A stretch of 64,000 nucleotides of DNA from Candidatus Bathyarchaeota archaeon (GTDB lineage: Archaea > Thermoproteota > Bathyarchaeia > Bathyarchaeales > Bathycorpusculaceae), in contig CAWEPZ010000013.1 in assembly GCA_963811105.1 (NCBI GenBank), positions 96,001 to 160,000 of the forward strand, written 5' to 3'. Every line of letters begins with the position of its first letter. Position 1 is the first letter of the stretch. The translations under genes and the position numbers were made by a program. The notes under the pieces were generated by a model, which worked only from the letters and a program-made list of their open reading frames with translations, did not search any database and was not told where the DNA came from. Shown in pieces: positions 54,201 through 63,847 of the stretch.

Positions 54201-55480
54201 AAATCGGGTTGGGACTGACTATAAACTACAAAGTCATCGACTGTATTAGATTGTGCGGTTTGTCCATCGGCATCAGAAACGCTGGCTTGTAAACTGTAGC
54301 TTCCTGGCGCGGTGGGTGTAAAGGTTAAAGTTGGGCCATTTTGACCTTGCAAGAGGGCTCCGTTCAAGTACCAAGTGTAAGAATAGGGTACGGTTCCTCC
54401 CAGAGTTGTTGCAGTAAAGACTTGGGATTGATTAAGGTACATGCGAATGATTGGCGGATTTATTGTTATGGAGGGTTGAGAAAAAAGTTCAGTATCAAAT
54501 TCCTCGTTATAGTCTAAGCCCAAAATTGGGTTATTCCATATGTTTCTTCCGCCAATAACGTACAGATTGCTACCGATTACTGCGCACCCAACACCGTCCC
54601 TCGGATAAACTCCAGAAGGAAGCTGCGTCCAAACTTCCGTGCTTGGATTATAACTATACATGTAGTCGTAAAAGCTACTATCGTGTTGCCCTTGACCATA
54701 TCCATAGTAAATTATGCCGTTAATTACCGGATTGTCGCGTAGTGTTCCGTAAGCTCCGTATGGAGATGGGTTAATAGTTATCCAGTCATCGAAGGCAGGT
54801 CTAAAGTAGGCACATGTATTAGTTGCGTCACTGATCGATAAATCGTAACCTCCGAGTAGGTAAATTCTGTCTTCGCCATTTACGTTAACATACGCGCATT
54901 CTGCCCAATCTTTATTGTATGGAGCACTGGCCAACTGGGTGTAATCGCCAGTTTCGGGATTATACGAGTAGGTTGAAGACCCGTAGAAAAGGTAAATTAG
55001 TGAACCAGAGGTTACCGCTTCTAAACCTTGGTTAAAAACATTATTTGGGAGATCCTGCTTGGTAACCCAACTATCCGACGCAAAATTGTACGCTTCTACC
55101 GCGGAGCTGGCATATCCCTGATAGTCTCCACCAAATACATACGCTTCATCGTTATACAAGGCTGCCGCGTCTCCCCAACGAGGATAACTCATAGATGTTT
55201 TCTGAGTCCAAAAGTCTGCTACAGGATCATAGGAATAGACCTCGGCTTGCCCAAGGCTCCAAGAATCATGATAACCCCCGAAAACATAGATTAAACCATC
55301 GTATGCTACGGCTGGCAGATCTGCCCTTATCTCAGGCAACGCCGCTTTTGTGATCGATCCAGTTGGAAGTGCAGATACGTCGCCTACTACTGAGGCAATA
55401 TTTACGAAAAATGACAAAGTAAGAAACATCAAAAACACTGTTAGCGGTTTCTTAACTCTGTACCTTACCATGAATCTCAT
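51278..55480 (-). CDS. Large secreted protein: Kelch propeller, Ig, GH43/GINT1-like five-bladed propeller, about seven PKD/Ig repeats, conserved C-terminal domain
   Basis: Kelch IYVFGG...YDP...W repeats; ADPF...WYMFFE...LAYP...YYLIPET; GG..PY.Y.WY.N repeats; ends RDPSPRARGA with no TM anchor. Confidence 0.85.
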   Translation of the reverse strand: MRFMVRYRVKKPLTVFLMFLTLSFFVNIASVVGDVSALPTGSITKAALPEIRADLPAVAYDGLIYVFGGYHDSWSLGQAEVYSYDPVADFWTQKTSMSYPRWGDAAALYNDEAYVFGGDYQGYASSAVEAYNFASDSWVTKQDLPNNVFNQGLEAVTSGSLIYLFYGSSTYSYNPETGDYTQLASAPYNKDWAECAYVNVNGEDRIYLLGGYDLSISDATNTCAYFRPAFDDWITINPSPYGAYGTLRDNPVINGIIYYGYGQGQHDSSFYDYMYSYNPSTEVWTQLPSGVYPRDGVGCAVIGSNLYVIGGRNIWNNPILGLDYNEEFDTELFSQPSITINPPIIRMYLNQSQVFTATTLGGTVPYSYTWYLNGALLQGQNGPTLTFTPTAPGSYSLQASVSDADGQTAQSNTVDDFVVYSQSQPDLLVPDWSKVKHDFFTLVPGTVEPVLTGASVTDRAADYVADPFIYHENGLWYMFFEVHWSSTDYSEIGLATSNDGFDWSYQQIVLSEPFSLAYPCIFKWNGTYYLIPETYSQSEVRLYKATDFPYSWTYVSSILSRQSYNPVDSSVFRYNNMWWMFTSSESDLGYLYYSYNLENPSAWHMHPMSPINSDSMKVRGAGRAIVFDNDRIIRLTQELYGQGVRAFQVDTLTTTTYAEHEVDGSPLVHATGTSGWNAQAMHTVNPWWSGNGWVAAVDGAGYDWLWAIGIYMTPLHPSISPTAASIDVGQSQEFASIAGGGRPPYTYRWYRNGTAVSGATGANWNFTPTQSGHYNIYVRVTDSLNNQANSNVVSNIIVYSQPSVSISPTSANITAGGSKQFNSAVTGGLAPYTYQWYYANGNAISGATTPTLVYKANFTGTYSIYLNVTDSLNYRSQSNTAIINVYSQPVATINPASVNMTVGGTQLFNSTITGGLSPYTFQWYYTNGTKITGATNPTLTYKANSTGTYNIYLNVTDNLNNKTQSNPAAIYVYSQPSVIINPTSVNMTFGTTQQFTSTTTGGLIPYAYQWYQNDTAVTGATATTWNFTPATTGHYKVYLNVTDALNSKVQSNIVTDITVNSQPTITIIPISVNMTTGASQTFVSNVTGGTAPYSYQWYLNSTAISGATAASWTFTPATVGTYKIYLNVTDHSAVSVKSNNATANVQTGITVNISPTHVKMYVGQNQTFSSSVLGGTKPYTFQWCLNDTAVSGANSQNWTFTPTVAGIYKVYLNITDTLNVKAQSNIVTDVTVYLQLNVSISPVFSNMTVGMPQTFNSTISGGAQPYSYQWYLNGSQIPNANASTLTFTPATPGNFTIYLKVTDNNTASVQSNNATITVFATSTITGFNVVSGGSGYTTPAVIITGGGGSGATATARVSNGVILGIVLTNPGTGYTSAPTVSIRDPSPRARGATIIAVLNS

Positions 55481-56128
55481 CTCTCTTTACGATCAGCCCA
55501 TCAGGGGCTAACTGAATTTAAATTATGCTACGAAACGAGGAATATTCCATGGACAGAAATCAAAGGTAGCTAAAACAGAGTTGTTCGATGCGGAAAGAGT
55601 TGCCATAAAAGATACATCCTATCCACAACATGTTCGGACTTCTAAGTCGCATCGCAAATTGAGCCTTGTTTCCATTTTCGGATAGTGCTTGACACAGTTC
55701 AAGTTTCTTCGTTAAGCGTCACTGGCAGAGTTTTAAGCACATTGAACAAATGGAAGTGTAATTCACTAAAATAATTGACAGGATTCCACAATTAACTTCA
55801 GATTAACATGACTAATAGCCCCGTCCAAAGGACTAATGGTTCTCGTAAGTTGAATTATCAAGTTGCAAGTACTATGTTGAATTTTTGGTTTGTTATATCT
55901 ACAAATAAATTGGTAATATTGCGAAATAGAAACATAACTTTATATTCTGAAGAACAGTCAAATTTTCAGGAAAAACACGAAAGAGATAGCTAAGGTTTCG
56001 AGGGCTTAGACTTCCGAGCTATATGATTTCGAGAACCATATTGAAAGCCTGTTGTAAAAGCACCTCAGCGAATTAACCCATCAATCACTCATGTTAAAAT
56101 TTATTAAAAATTGGAAACGGAATGAGAA

Positions 56129-56965
56129 ATGAGCGGGAAAAATCCAGACTTATTTTCAAAACATCCTCTCGTTTCAATAGTTATTCCTTGTTTTAACTAT
56201 GCGCATTTTCTTGCAGAGTGTATTCAAAGCGCCTTGAATCAAAGCTACCCTAATCTTGAAGTAATAGTAATTGACGATGATAGCACAGATAACACAGGTG
56301 ACGTCGCCAAGCAATTTTCAAAGGTGAAGTACCTTAGAATAAAGCATCAAGGAAATGCTACGCCTGCGCACGCTCTTAATGTCGGTATTCAGGTTAGTAC
56401 TGGAGATTTTATTATCTTTTTAGGCGCAGATGACAAGCTTGACCAATTATACGTATCTAAATGCCTTGAATTGTTCAATTGCAAAACATCTGGAAATAAG
56501 AATAGAGTTGGTTTCATCTGGACAGGTTACCAATCTTTTGGAGATAAAAAAATAATAGATCTGCCTTATGTCGAAAAACTGACTAAATGGAATTATGATC
56601 ATTGTGGAGGGCAGATAGGTTCGATGTTAGTGCCAAAGCCCGTATACTTACAGGTCGGAGGCTACGATGAATCACTGCCGCAATATGAAGATTTGGACTG
56701 GGCAATTAGGGCTTGCAAGAAGGGGTATGTCGGCTTCAGTGTAAAAGAGCCTTTGCACAATTATCGTTTCCACGGATTTACAGTAAACAGCAATCCGCAC
56801 GAAAAGGCAAACCGTGAGGCTCTGTTCCGCAAGCATCCTTCTTATAGAATTCTGAGAGCAACTCATAGAAACCTGAACAAAGGTAAAAACTACGTGATAT
56901 ATTTTCCAGATTACGCGACAGCATTATACAAAAAAATAAGGCGAAGAAAAAAACGGACTAGTTAA
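56129..56965 (+). CDS. Glycosyltransferase family 2
   Basis: VSIVIPCFN, VIDDDSTD, ALNVG, GADD, VGGYDE, EDLDW. Confidence 0.92.
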   Translation: MSGKNPDLFSKHPLVSIVIPCFNYAHFLAECIQSALNQSYPNLEVIVIDDDSTDNTGDVAKQFSKVKYLRIKHQGNATPAHALNVGIQVSTGDFIIFLGADDKLDQLYVSKCLELFNCKTSGNKNRVGFIWTGYQSFGDKKIIDLPYVEKLTKWNYDHCGGQIGSMLVPKPVYLQVGGYDESLPQYEDLDWAIRACKKGYVGFSVKEPLHNYRFHGFTVNSNPHEKANREALFRKHPSYRILRATHRNLNKGKNYVIYFPDYATALYKKIRRRKKRTS

Positions 56966-57164
56966 ATTTCCCTCGGGTTATTAATTCGGACAAGGGAAAG
57001 GCGCTGTCAGCGAATAACCAAATACTTAAGCTTTGTTTTTTGGGGCAAAGTATCTGCTTGATCGTATTATCATTGCTATCTTGTCTTGCAGGGGCACAAA
57101 TAGTTGAAAGTGAAAATACAGCGTTAGCCATTTTTAACTGCAGGAACTTTTCCAACCTTCGTTA

Positions 57165-57190
57165 AGGGTTCAAATCCCACCCCTGCACAA
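57165..57190 (+). other. tRNA 3'-end (T-arm/acceptor) fragment, possible att-site scar
   Basis: GGGTTCAAATCCCACCCCTGCAC resembles an archaeal tRNA-Leu 3' end; no 5' half is present. Confidence 0.45.
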
Positions 57191-57361
57191 ATGTGAGCAA
57201 AATGGTTAAGCTGATTTGTTTCTGAAGTTTTAATATGTTGGCGATCGCGTTTTTTTGAATATTTCAACCATTTTTATAATCCAACACAAAAAAGAAAAGG
57301 GTTTCGAAGGCCTTCAATTCTTGCCAAATAGATGCTTTAATCCAACCCAAAAAGCGTGGTA

Positions 57362-57505
57362 TTATTTCGATTCTTCTCCTGTTCCATGGCACCTTGGGCA
57401 AGTTTGCTCAAACACATTTGGCCATCTGGGCATTTTCCCTTTTCCTCTACACATAGGACAAGATTGGTGAGTATGTGTGCAAATATCATATCTCCCAGTG
57501 CTCAT
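57362..57505 (-). CDS. 47-aa DnaJ-type zinc-finger microprotein
   Basis: MSTGRYDICTHTHQSCPMCRGKGKMPRWPNVFEQTCPRCHGTGEESK*, containing two CxxCxGxG motifs. Confidence 0.7.
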   Translation of the reverse strand: MSTGRYDICTHTHQSCPMCRGKGKMPRWPNVFEQTCPRCHGTGEESK

Positions 57506-58024
57506 GAAATTAACCTGAAGAAAAAAATTAACTCTTTGTTAAATATTAATCTGCTTGCGATATTTCCAATATTCCATTTTAGGAAATATGGACTCGAAGT
57601 TTTTCCCTTTCCCTAAATGGACTTGCAATTAGCTTAATTATAAGTTTGTTGAAAAGTGGCGAGTGTCAACAAGCAGGTTACTCATAAAAAGTTAAACTAC
57701 TTGTTCAACAAAAAAAAGTCAAAAAAAAAAAACATCAAGAAACCAAAAGGTTTCACTATCGGCTATTTGACTTCTACTTTTGAAGTTTCTAAAACTGTAA
57801 ACTTCCATACAAAGACACCTACTCTGCTACCATTTGGGCACTTCACCCACAATAAACTCTTCAACAAATCTAACTCAGACTCCTTCGGCAACAGCGTTTC
57901 CAGCGCCGGTGCTTGCAGTTTTGGCCCGCTTGAGTAGATCAGATTGCTAAATTGTCCAACAATAAAAAAGGGAAGGTCTAGTCCAAATTCTGGGTGATCC
58001 GCGTGATGCAAAACGACAATTTGA

Positions 58025-59338
58025 TTATGGGATCACTGAAATGACAATTGTTGCCCATGCGCCTTTGGCTCTTGGACTAGGGTCCCTGAAAACAACGTTA
58101 GGTGCAGAAGTATATCCGTCACCGGGATTTGTTAACACCACGAAGAGAATAACGCCATTTGAAACCCGTGCCGTAGCAGTTGCGCCTGTCCCTTCGCCGC
58201 CCAATAGAAGGATAACAGGGGTGGTGTAGCCGCTTCCACCTGAAATTACTGTTACGCCTGTTAAAGCAAAGTGCAACGGAGGCCAGGTTCTCATCAGCGG
58301 ATAACGGTCAGAGTTGTTTGTGTCAAGAATGTAAGGGCTATCCCCTATCCCATCATGGTTCGAGTCAGTTCCATTGTAATTGTTCCAGTGGTTTCCGCCA
58401 GAAGGATAACCATCATCCCAAACATTCACATATCCGACCATTACTAAGGCCTGTACTGTGTTATCGATGAAGTTGTTATGGTAAACATGGTTGCCTGAAG
58501 AGGAATTGAGGTTGATGCCAAAATTGTTATTCATTATGTTATTTTCACTAATGTTGCTGCTGTTAAATTGTCTCAGGAAAAGGCCAACTCCATTATTATT
58601 TGCTACCGTGTTCCTAACTATGGTATTATTGGAGCCGTCCTCGATACTTACGCCACCTTTATTGTTTGTTATTTTATTTTCAGAAATTCTATTGTTTAGA
58701 CTTCTCCACTGGAGCCTGACACCCCAAACGTTATTGTTTGTTATGTTGTTCTTGGAAATGGTGCCGTTCCAAAAATCATCGAGAAAGAGACCGTAATCAT
58801 TATTTGTTATACTGTTCCCAAAGATGCTGTTCTGGTTTGTATAGTCAGAATTGACACCTAATACATTATTTACTATGTTGTTTCCAGAAATGGTGTTGTT
58901 ATAAGAATTCCACCAGAGTCTGATCCCATAAGTATTGTTTGTGATGTTGTTTTCCAATATAGTGTTATTATGAGCATCAGGATAAGGTTGGATAAGTATC
59001 CCATCGGCGAATCCTCCGATTGCCAAGTTCTTAACTGTAACATTGCTTCTCCCTGACAAGTCTACTCCGGTTCCGTTTCCTACACCCTTAAGATCATGCC
59101 CTGCACCATTTACTACGATGTTGTTGCGCTGTACCACGATTGAGCCGTTAACGTCATCTACAAATGTGTAGGAGACGTTTCCAACATTCAAAATCGGCGC
59201 AGATGAAGGATCAATCGTCCCATTCGCCCTGATGTAAATCGTTCCTGTGTACGCTTTTGCTAGCTCTAAATTTAACATAGGAGAAATGAAACAAAACAAA
59301 AGCAAAGCTGTTACAATCAGAGAAACATTTTTTTTCAT
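58025..59338 (-). CDS. Secreted NosD/CASH-type parallel beta-helix protein with conserved C-terminal domain
   Basis: Signal peptide, IYIRANG.IDP, Asn-rich beta-helix repeats, WDDGYPSGGNHW, DGIGD.PY...DRYPL, then the RDPSPRAKGA domain. Confidence 0.88.
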   Translation of the reverse strand: MKKNVSLIVTALLLFCFISPMLNLELAKAYTGTIYIRANGTIDPSSAPILNVGNVSYTFVDDVNGSIVVQRNNIVVNGAGHDLKGVGNGTGVDLSGRSNVTVKNLAIGGFADGILIQPYPDAHNNTILENNITNNTYGIRLWWNSYNNTISGNNIVNNVLGVNSDYTNQNSIFGNSITNNDYGLFLDDFWNGTISKNNITNNNVWGVRLQWRSLNNRISENKITNNKGGVSIEDGSNNTIVRNTVANNNGVGLFLRQFNSSNISENNIMNNNFGINLNSSSGNHVYHNNFIDNTVQALVMVGYVNVWDDGYPSGGNHWNNYNGTDSNHDGIGDSPYILDTNNSDRYPLMRTWPPLHFALTGVTVISGGSGYTTPVILLLGGEGTGATATARVSNGVILFVVLTNPGDGYTSAPNVVFRDPSPRAKGAWATIVISVIP

Positions 59339-59584
59339 TCCTTATTTCCCTTTTCCCTGCAAAATACATTATACGCTAATTTGCTTATAAAATTTGGCAA
59401 GAAACATGTCTTCAGAGAGTTCACTTGATGATGCACTTTCATGATTATACTCTTGTTTGACAATAAAGGGAGATGATAACCGGCAGGAGCATTCGATGAT
59501 TCGTTTCTTAGGAAGGTTTTGGTTTAGGAGTTGTCAACGCCTGACGTTGCTCGACAAATTTCCTCTTGGAAGAACTTTATTATC

Positions 59585-60570
59585 TCAACCTTCGCTAAAA
59601 TTAGGGCGATTTTCGATTTCTGCTTCTTCACTTTTTCTTTTCCCAAATAGTTTTTGCCATTGCAGAGTAAGAACGAAAACGAGAATAACTACAATCATAA
59701 TACCTAAGAATGCAATAACGTAGGTGAAAAGCATGTTGCTTCTCGCCTGAAGGTATATCACAGTGCTCTGCAAAAAGAAGCGTCCATCATAGGTAGCACT
59801 CGAGTTAGAACCAATAGTAAATTTCAGGCTTATCGCAGCGGCTTCTCGTGAAACTGCGTTATCCGGAACTAGGGCAGAGATCTCCATACCATCTGGGGAC
59901 ATCATAACTGCACTAATATCACGTCACGGCCCGACCCAACTGTCAAACTGATTGTTTTTTATTAGAATTTGGGCACCGTTTAAGTGATTTGGGTCTCCCC
60001 TGAAATCTTGGTCGGATCTTACTACGGCAATGAGTCTTGTCCCTGCCAGATTATAGCTGCCATCGATATTTTGTTCAGTTTCATTTAAGAACACATTTTT
60101 CAAATCTAAGAATAGTTCGGCGTAATCATCAGCATGATTTAAACTTGCATTTAGTATCCAGGTTCCATTGCTATACTCCAAATTCGCGGCTCCTGATCCT
60201 TGTTGTTTCCAACCAGCAGTGGGGGGAATATTTTCTGAAATTGACTTTTTGCCTTCCGAAAAAAACGTTCCTATGAGGAGAGCGGAACCTAAGAGTGAAC
60301 CAACAAGTATGGCTAGGATAAATGCTTTTGCGATTCCCCCCTTTATCGTTGGCAGTCGCTGGAACAGTGAGGGCTTGAACCATGCTACAAAACCAATGAT
60401 ACCCAGAATAACACCGCCTACGATAAGCACTAACTGGACATTGAATTCAATCTCATGTAATATGTTTGGAAGGGTACACGACCAATAATTCCAACGAAAC
60501 AGAAAAAAATTCCACTGGAAAATGAAATTGCCGGAACAGTTCGTCCATTTGGAATAGCTTGAACACCCAT
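59585..60570 (-). pseudogene. Membrane protein with extracellular beta-sandwich (CBM-like) domain; frameshift plus in-frame TGA
   Basis: ATG 60570 frame shifts into ORF 59924-60430, which stops at TGA and continues in frame into ORF 59585-59905 ending in a TM helix. Confidence 0.6.
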
Positions 60571-60915
60571 TCCTTTGCTTCCTCTCCTATATAGTATATT
60601 ATACGATTAAAGTTATAAATTAGCTGGATTTTAGACTTGTTGGGTTCATCTTTAAAAAAATGTTTTTGTCGAAACTTGCGATTTCAAAGCTTGAGATGTT
60701 TTTGCAATATTTGAATCTATTTTTCTGAGTAACTCAACGTTAAGCCAGTATACCATTCTATCTAGCGCCTATACTTTAATTTTAGGAAAAACAATATGGC
60801 TCCCAGAGTGAGCAAAAATTCGACTTTGTTAAGATTCAACTATGAAACACTTGGTTGCTTTCGATTTAGAAAGAGAGAAAGATTAAAATTTAGTTTTCTT
60901 CCTTCCTTATTCGCT

Positions 60916-63258
60916 TCAGCTTGTTAGGACGGGTTCAGAGGGTGTTGTGCCGTTTATCCACGTCCACCCTGCATAGATATTTGTATTCAGGTTTAGCGAA
61001 TTCTGCCAGAGCGTATTGCCATCTAAACCCTCTACTACAAAGTAGAGCGTGTTGCCTACTACAGTAGCGGCTGGGCTCATGCCCGTTGAACCTGCTGAAG
61101 GCCCGCTCCATCCTTGCCATGCGCCGTTGAATTGGTTGATGTATATGTTATTATCTGATCCTCTAACTACCAAAGAGTAGCCGGTTCCATTCTGCCATAA
61201 CGCTAGAGTTGGTGATGAGGTAAAGGACCCAGGTATCCATGTCCATCCTGAGAATGTGTTTGTGTCTAGGTTCATTGTACTCTGCCATAACGTGTAATTG
61301 TCGTTTACATTTGTGCTGCTAAAGCCACGTACTACCACGATGAGTTGGTTGCCTTGCATGACGGCTGTGATCTTGTCGCAGGTTAACTCGACGGAGAAGC
61401 CTTGCCAATCATTCCAAGTTTGGGTCTGAAGGTTGTAAACCCTATAGTAGATGGAGTTGTCCGTCGCACGTACAATCAAAGTGAGTGCTGTACCATTCGA
61501 TGTAAGTGTCGGCGAAGAGGGTGAAGAGCCGCTAAGGATTGTCCATCCTGAAAAGCTATTGTCCGTTAGATTCACTGAGCTGAACCATAAGCTTGAGCCG
61601 TCCGTTCCTCGGACCACGAAATATAGTTGGTCGGAAGCACGAACTGCTGCTGGACTGTCCATTGTAGATCCGCTTGGCAAACCATTCAAGTTGTTCCATG
61701 ACTTTGTGGAGAAGTTGTATGTGCGATAATAGATGACGTTGTCACCTCCGCGAACTGCAAGATAACTTGTATCTTGTGGGTTGATCGAGAAAGTTACACT
61801 GACTGTGGTTGGTCCGGTAATTGTTAGTCCTAAATTTGTGACTGCGCCTTCATCGATAGTTCCGTTTACTACGACGTCAGCGACGTTGTAGCCTGGATCG
61901 GGAGTAAACACAAAGTTCTCAACTGAACCGGAAGGGACAGCGCCGGAGGCAATGTTCGATTGGCCATTGGGACTCACGTTTACCGTTAAATCAACTGTTT
62001 TGATTGCGAAGGTTACGTTAACGGTGGTTGGTCCGGTAATTGTTAGTCCTAAATTTGTGACTGCGCCTTCATCGATAGTTCCGTTAACTACGACGTCAGC
62101 GACGTAGTAGCCTGGATCGGGAGTAAACACAAAGTTCTCAACTGAACCAAGAACGACAGTACTATTGCCAATATTTGATTGACCGTGTGGACCCACATAA
62201 ACCGTCAAATTTGCGCCTAGCTTGAATACTTGGACTAAGCTATTGCCTGGATCTGCTACGTAGATGTTTTGGCTTGAGTCAACAGCTATCGCACCGCCCC
62301 AAGGTGTACTCTGAGCGGTGAAGTAGAATTTGCCGTTACCGCCGTTATTGCCAGCTCCATAGCTGCCGAACGTGGTAATGAAATTGCCGTTCTGATCGAA
62401 TACTTGTACTCGTTCGTTGTTGGTGTCTGTAACGTAAACGTTTCCGCTGCTGTCGATAGCTATCCCATAATTGTAAACGAATTGGCCATTGCCTGAACCG
62501 AAGCTTCCGAAGGTTTTAAGGTAGACTCCGCTTGGGCTGAAAATCTCCACTCTGCTATTCGCATCATCTGTGACATACACATATCCTGTTGAGTTAATAG
62601 CTACTCCTGCGGGATGAGTGAATTTGCCTGGATTAGTGCCAGAGCCTCCAAACCATTTAACGAAGGTGCCATTTGCTTGGAATATGTCAACTCGATTGTT
62701 GTATGTATTTGCTATAAAGACGTATCCTGTTGCGTTAACTGCGATTCCAGTTGGATTATTGAACGAGCCGTTTGTAGAACCAAATTCGCCAAATTTGAAT
62801 AAGAAGTTGCCGCTGGCATCGTATACCATGACACGATGGTTGGGATAGTAGTCGAAGACATATACAGTTCCATTGTTTGGGTTAATACCTATACCGTAAG
62901 GATTTCCAAAATCGTAGTCGCCGTGAGTTCCAGTGTCTTGTTGGCCCCATTTATTCAGATAATTGCCACTTGTATCGAATACTTGAATGCGATAGTTATT
63001 GGTGTCTACCACGTAGAGGTATCCGTTGTATGGGCTTAGGGCAATTCCATATGGATTGTGAAGATACCCGTTGCCGTTACCAATTGGGGTGCCCCACTGT
63101 TTAAAAAACGCGTAGGTTGTAGCTTGCGCAAGTGCTGTAAACGTTGCAGAAAGCAGAAGCAGCACAAAGGCCAAAGCAATGATGCTTTTTCCTTTATGAT
63201 TCCCGCTGTTGTTTTTCCGCAGATTATTCGTTTTTACTAATTTCCTTAATATGTTCAT
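60916..63258 (-). CDS. Secreted NHL-repeat propeller, two duplicated Ig/B-repeats and C-terminal lectin-like (PLL/fucose-lectin-type) propeller
   Basis: FG..G...G.F..P.GIA....YV.D..N.RVQVF repeats; LVVRG.DN.IY...W..W repeats; no TM anchor. Confidence 0.85.
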   Translation of the reverse strand: MNILRKLVKTNNLRKNNSGNHKGKSIIALAFVLLLLSATFTALAQATTYAFFKQWGTPIGNGNGYLHNPYGIALSPYNGYLYVVDTNNYRIQVFDTSGNYLNKWGQQDTGTHGDYDFGNPYGIGINPNNGTVYVFDYYPNHRVMVYDASGNFLFKFGEFGSTNGSFNNPTGIAVNATGYVFIANTYNNRVDIFQANGTFVKWFGGSGTNPGKFTHPAGVAINSTGYVYVTDDANSRVEIFSPSGVYLKTFGSFGSGNGQFVYNYGIAIDSSGNVYVTDTNNERVQVFDQNGNFITTFGSYGAGNNGGNGKFYFTAQSTPWGGAIAVDSSQNIYVADPGNSLVQVFKLGANLTVYVGPHGQSNIGNSTVVLGSVENFVFTPDPGYYVADVVVNGTIDEGAVTNLGLTITGPTTVNVTFAIKTVDLTVNVSPNGQSNIASGAVPSGSVENFVFTPDPGYNVADVVVNGTIDEGAVTNLGLTITGPTTVSVTFSINPQDTSYLAVRGGDNVIYYRTYNFSTKSWNNLNGLPSGSTMDSPAAVRASDQLYFVVRGTDGSSLWFSSVNLTDNSFSGWTILSGSSPSSPTLTSNGTALTLIVRATDNSIYYRVYNLQTQTWNDWQGFSVELTCDKITAVMQGNQLIVVVRGFSSTNVNDNYTLWQSTMNLDTNTFSGWTWIPGSFTSSPTLALWQNGTGYSLVVRGSDNNIYINQFNGAWQGWSGPSAGSTGMSPAATVVGNTLYFVVEGLDGNTLWQNSLNLNTNIYAGWTWINGTTPSEPVLTS
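61805..62148. repeat. Near-perfect 125-bp direct repeat, period 219 bp, inside the NHL protein gene
   Basis: 61805-61929 and 62024-62148 differ at about 2 positions; encode VENFVFTPDPGY.VADVVVNGTIDEGAVTNLGLTITGPT. Confidence 0.9.
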
Positions 63259-63624
63259 TTTCTTTATCTCATATTTTTCAAGTTTATCTAAAACATTTTT
63301 AGAAAAAATCTTTCCAGGAAGAATTTAAGCCTGTGTGGGTACTTGGGAGGTAATTGAGGTGCTGATTAAACTTTTCGATTGCCTGACTAAGGGGGGCGTC
63401 TTTTAACGTGTCAAACACGCTTACCATTTCTAACACTCTCAGTTCATGTAAGAAACAAGCATTATATAAAATCTACTAATGACCAATGCGTGTTTGGTTT
63501 CCTAGGTGAGGCTGAAGCAATTTTAACTCCTTGATTCTTGTTTGGGTCTTTGGGTCTAACAGAGAGAGTAAGAGAGTGAGTGAGTGTCCTTCTCAACTCC
63601 ATGTCTAACAAGTTCATCAACCGT

Positions 63625-63770
63625 TGCAATCAGAACATTTGCCGTCAATTGGACCTCCATAGACTACACCGTTCACAACATCAGCAGATGACCAGACACC
63701 TTGGCAAGTGGTGTAGTTCCAGAGTTTGGCGCCGTTGACAGCATTCAAAGTATAAACATTGCTTCAGGCG
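63625..63770 (-). pseudogene. PQQ/BamB-type propeller blade remnant
   Basis: NVYTLNAVNGAKLWNYTTCQGVWSSADVVNGVVYGGPIDGK with no intact gene around it. Confidence 0.5.
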
Positions 63771-63847
63771 CTGATGAAATAGACGATAGGCTTTGTCTGC
63801 TGAAAGAATGTTGTAGCTTATTCTTAGGCAGCGCTTTTTGGAGCCAT

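Noticed and set aside
49687-55480. Tat export of the adjacent 1400-aa protein
   Set aside because: Its signal peptide lacks an S/T-R-R-x-F-L-K motif; adjacency alone is insufficient.
57763-58011. 82-aa ORF downstream of the beta-helix gene
   Set aside because: Weak start and no recognisable motif; may be a remnant but cannot be supported.
60505-60525. TTCCACTGGAAA as an ORB replication-origin box
   Set aside because: Single copy inside a coding remnant, no G-string and no cdc6/orc1 nearby.
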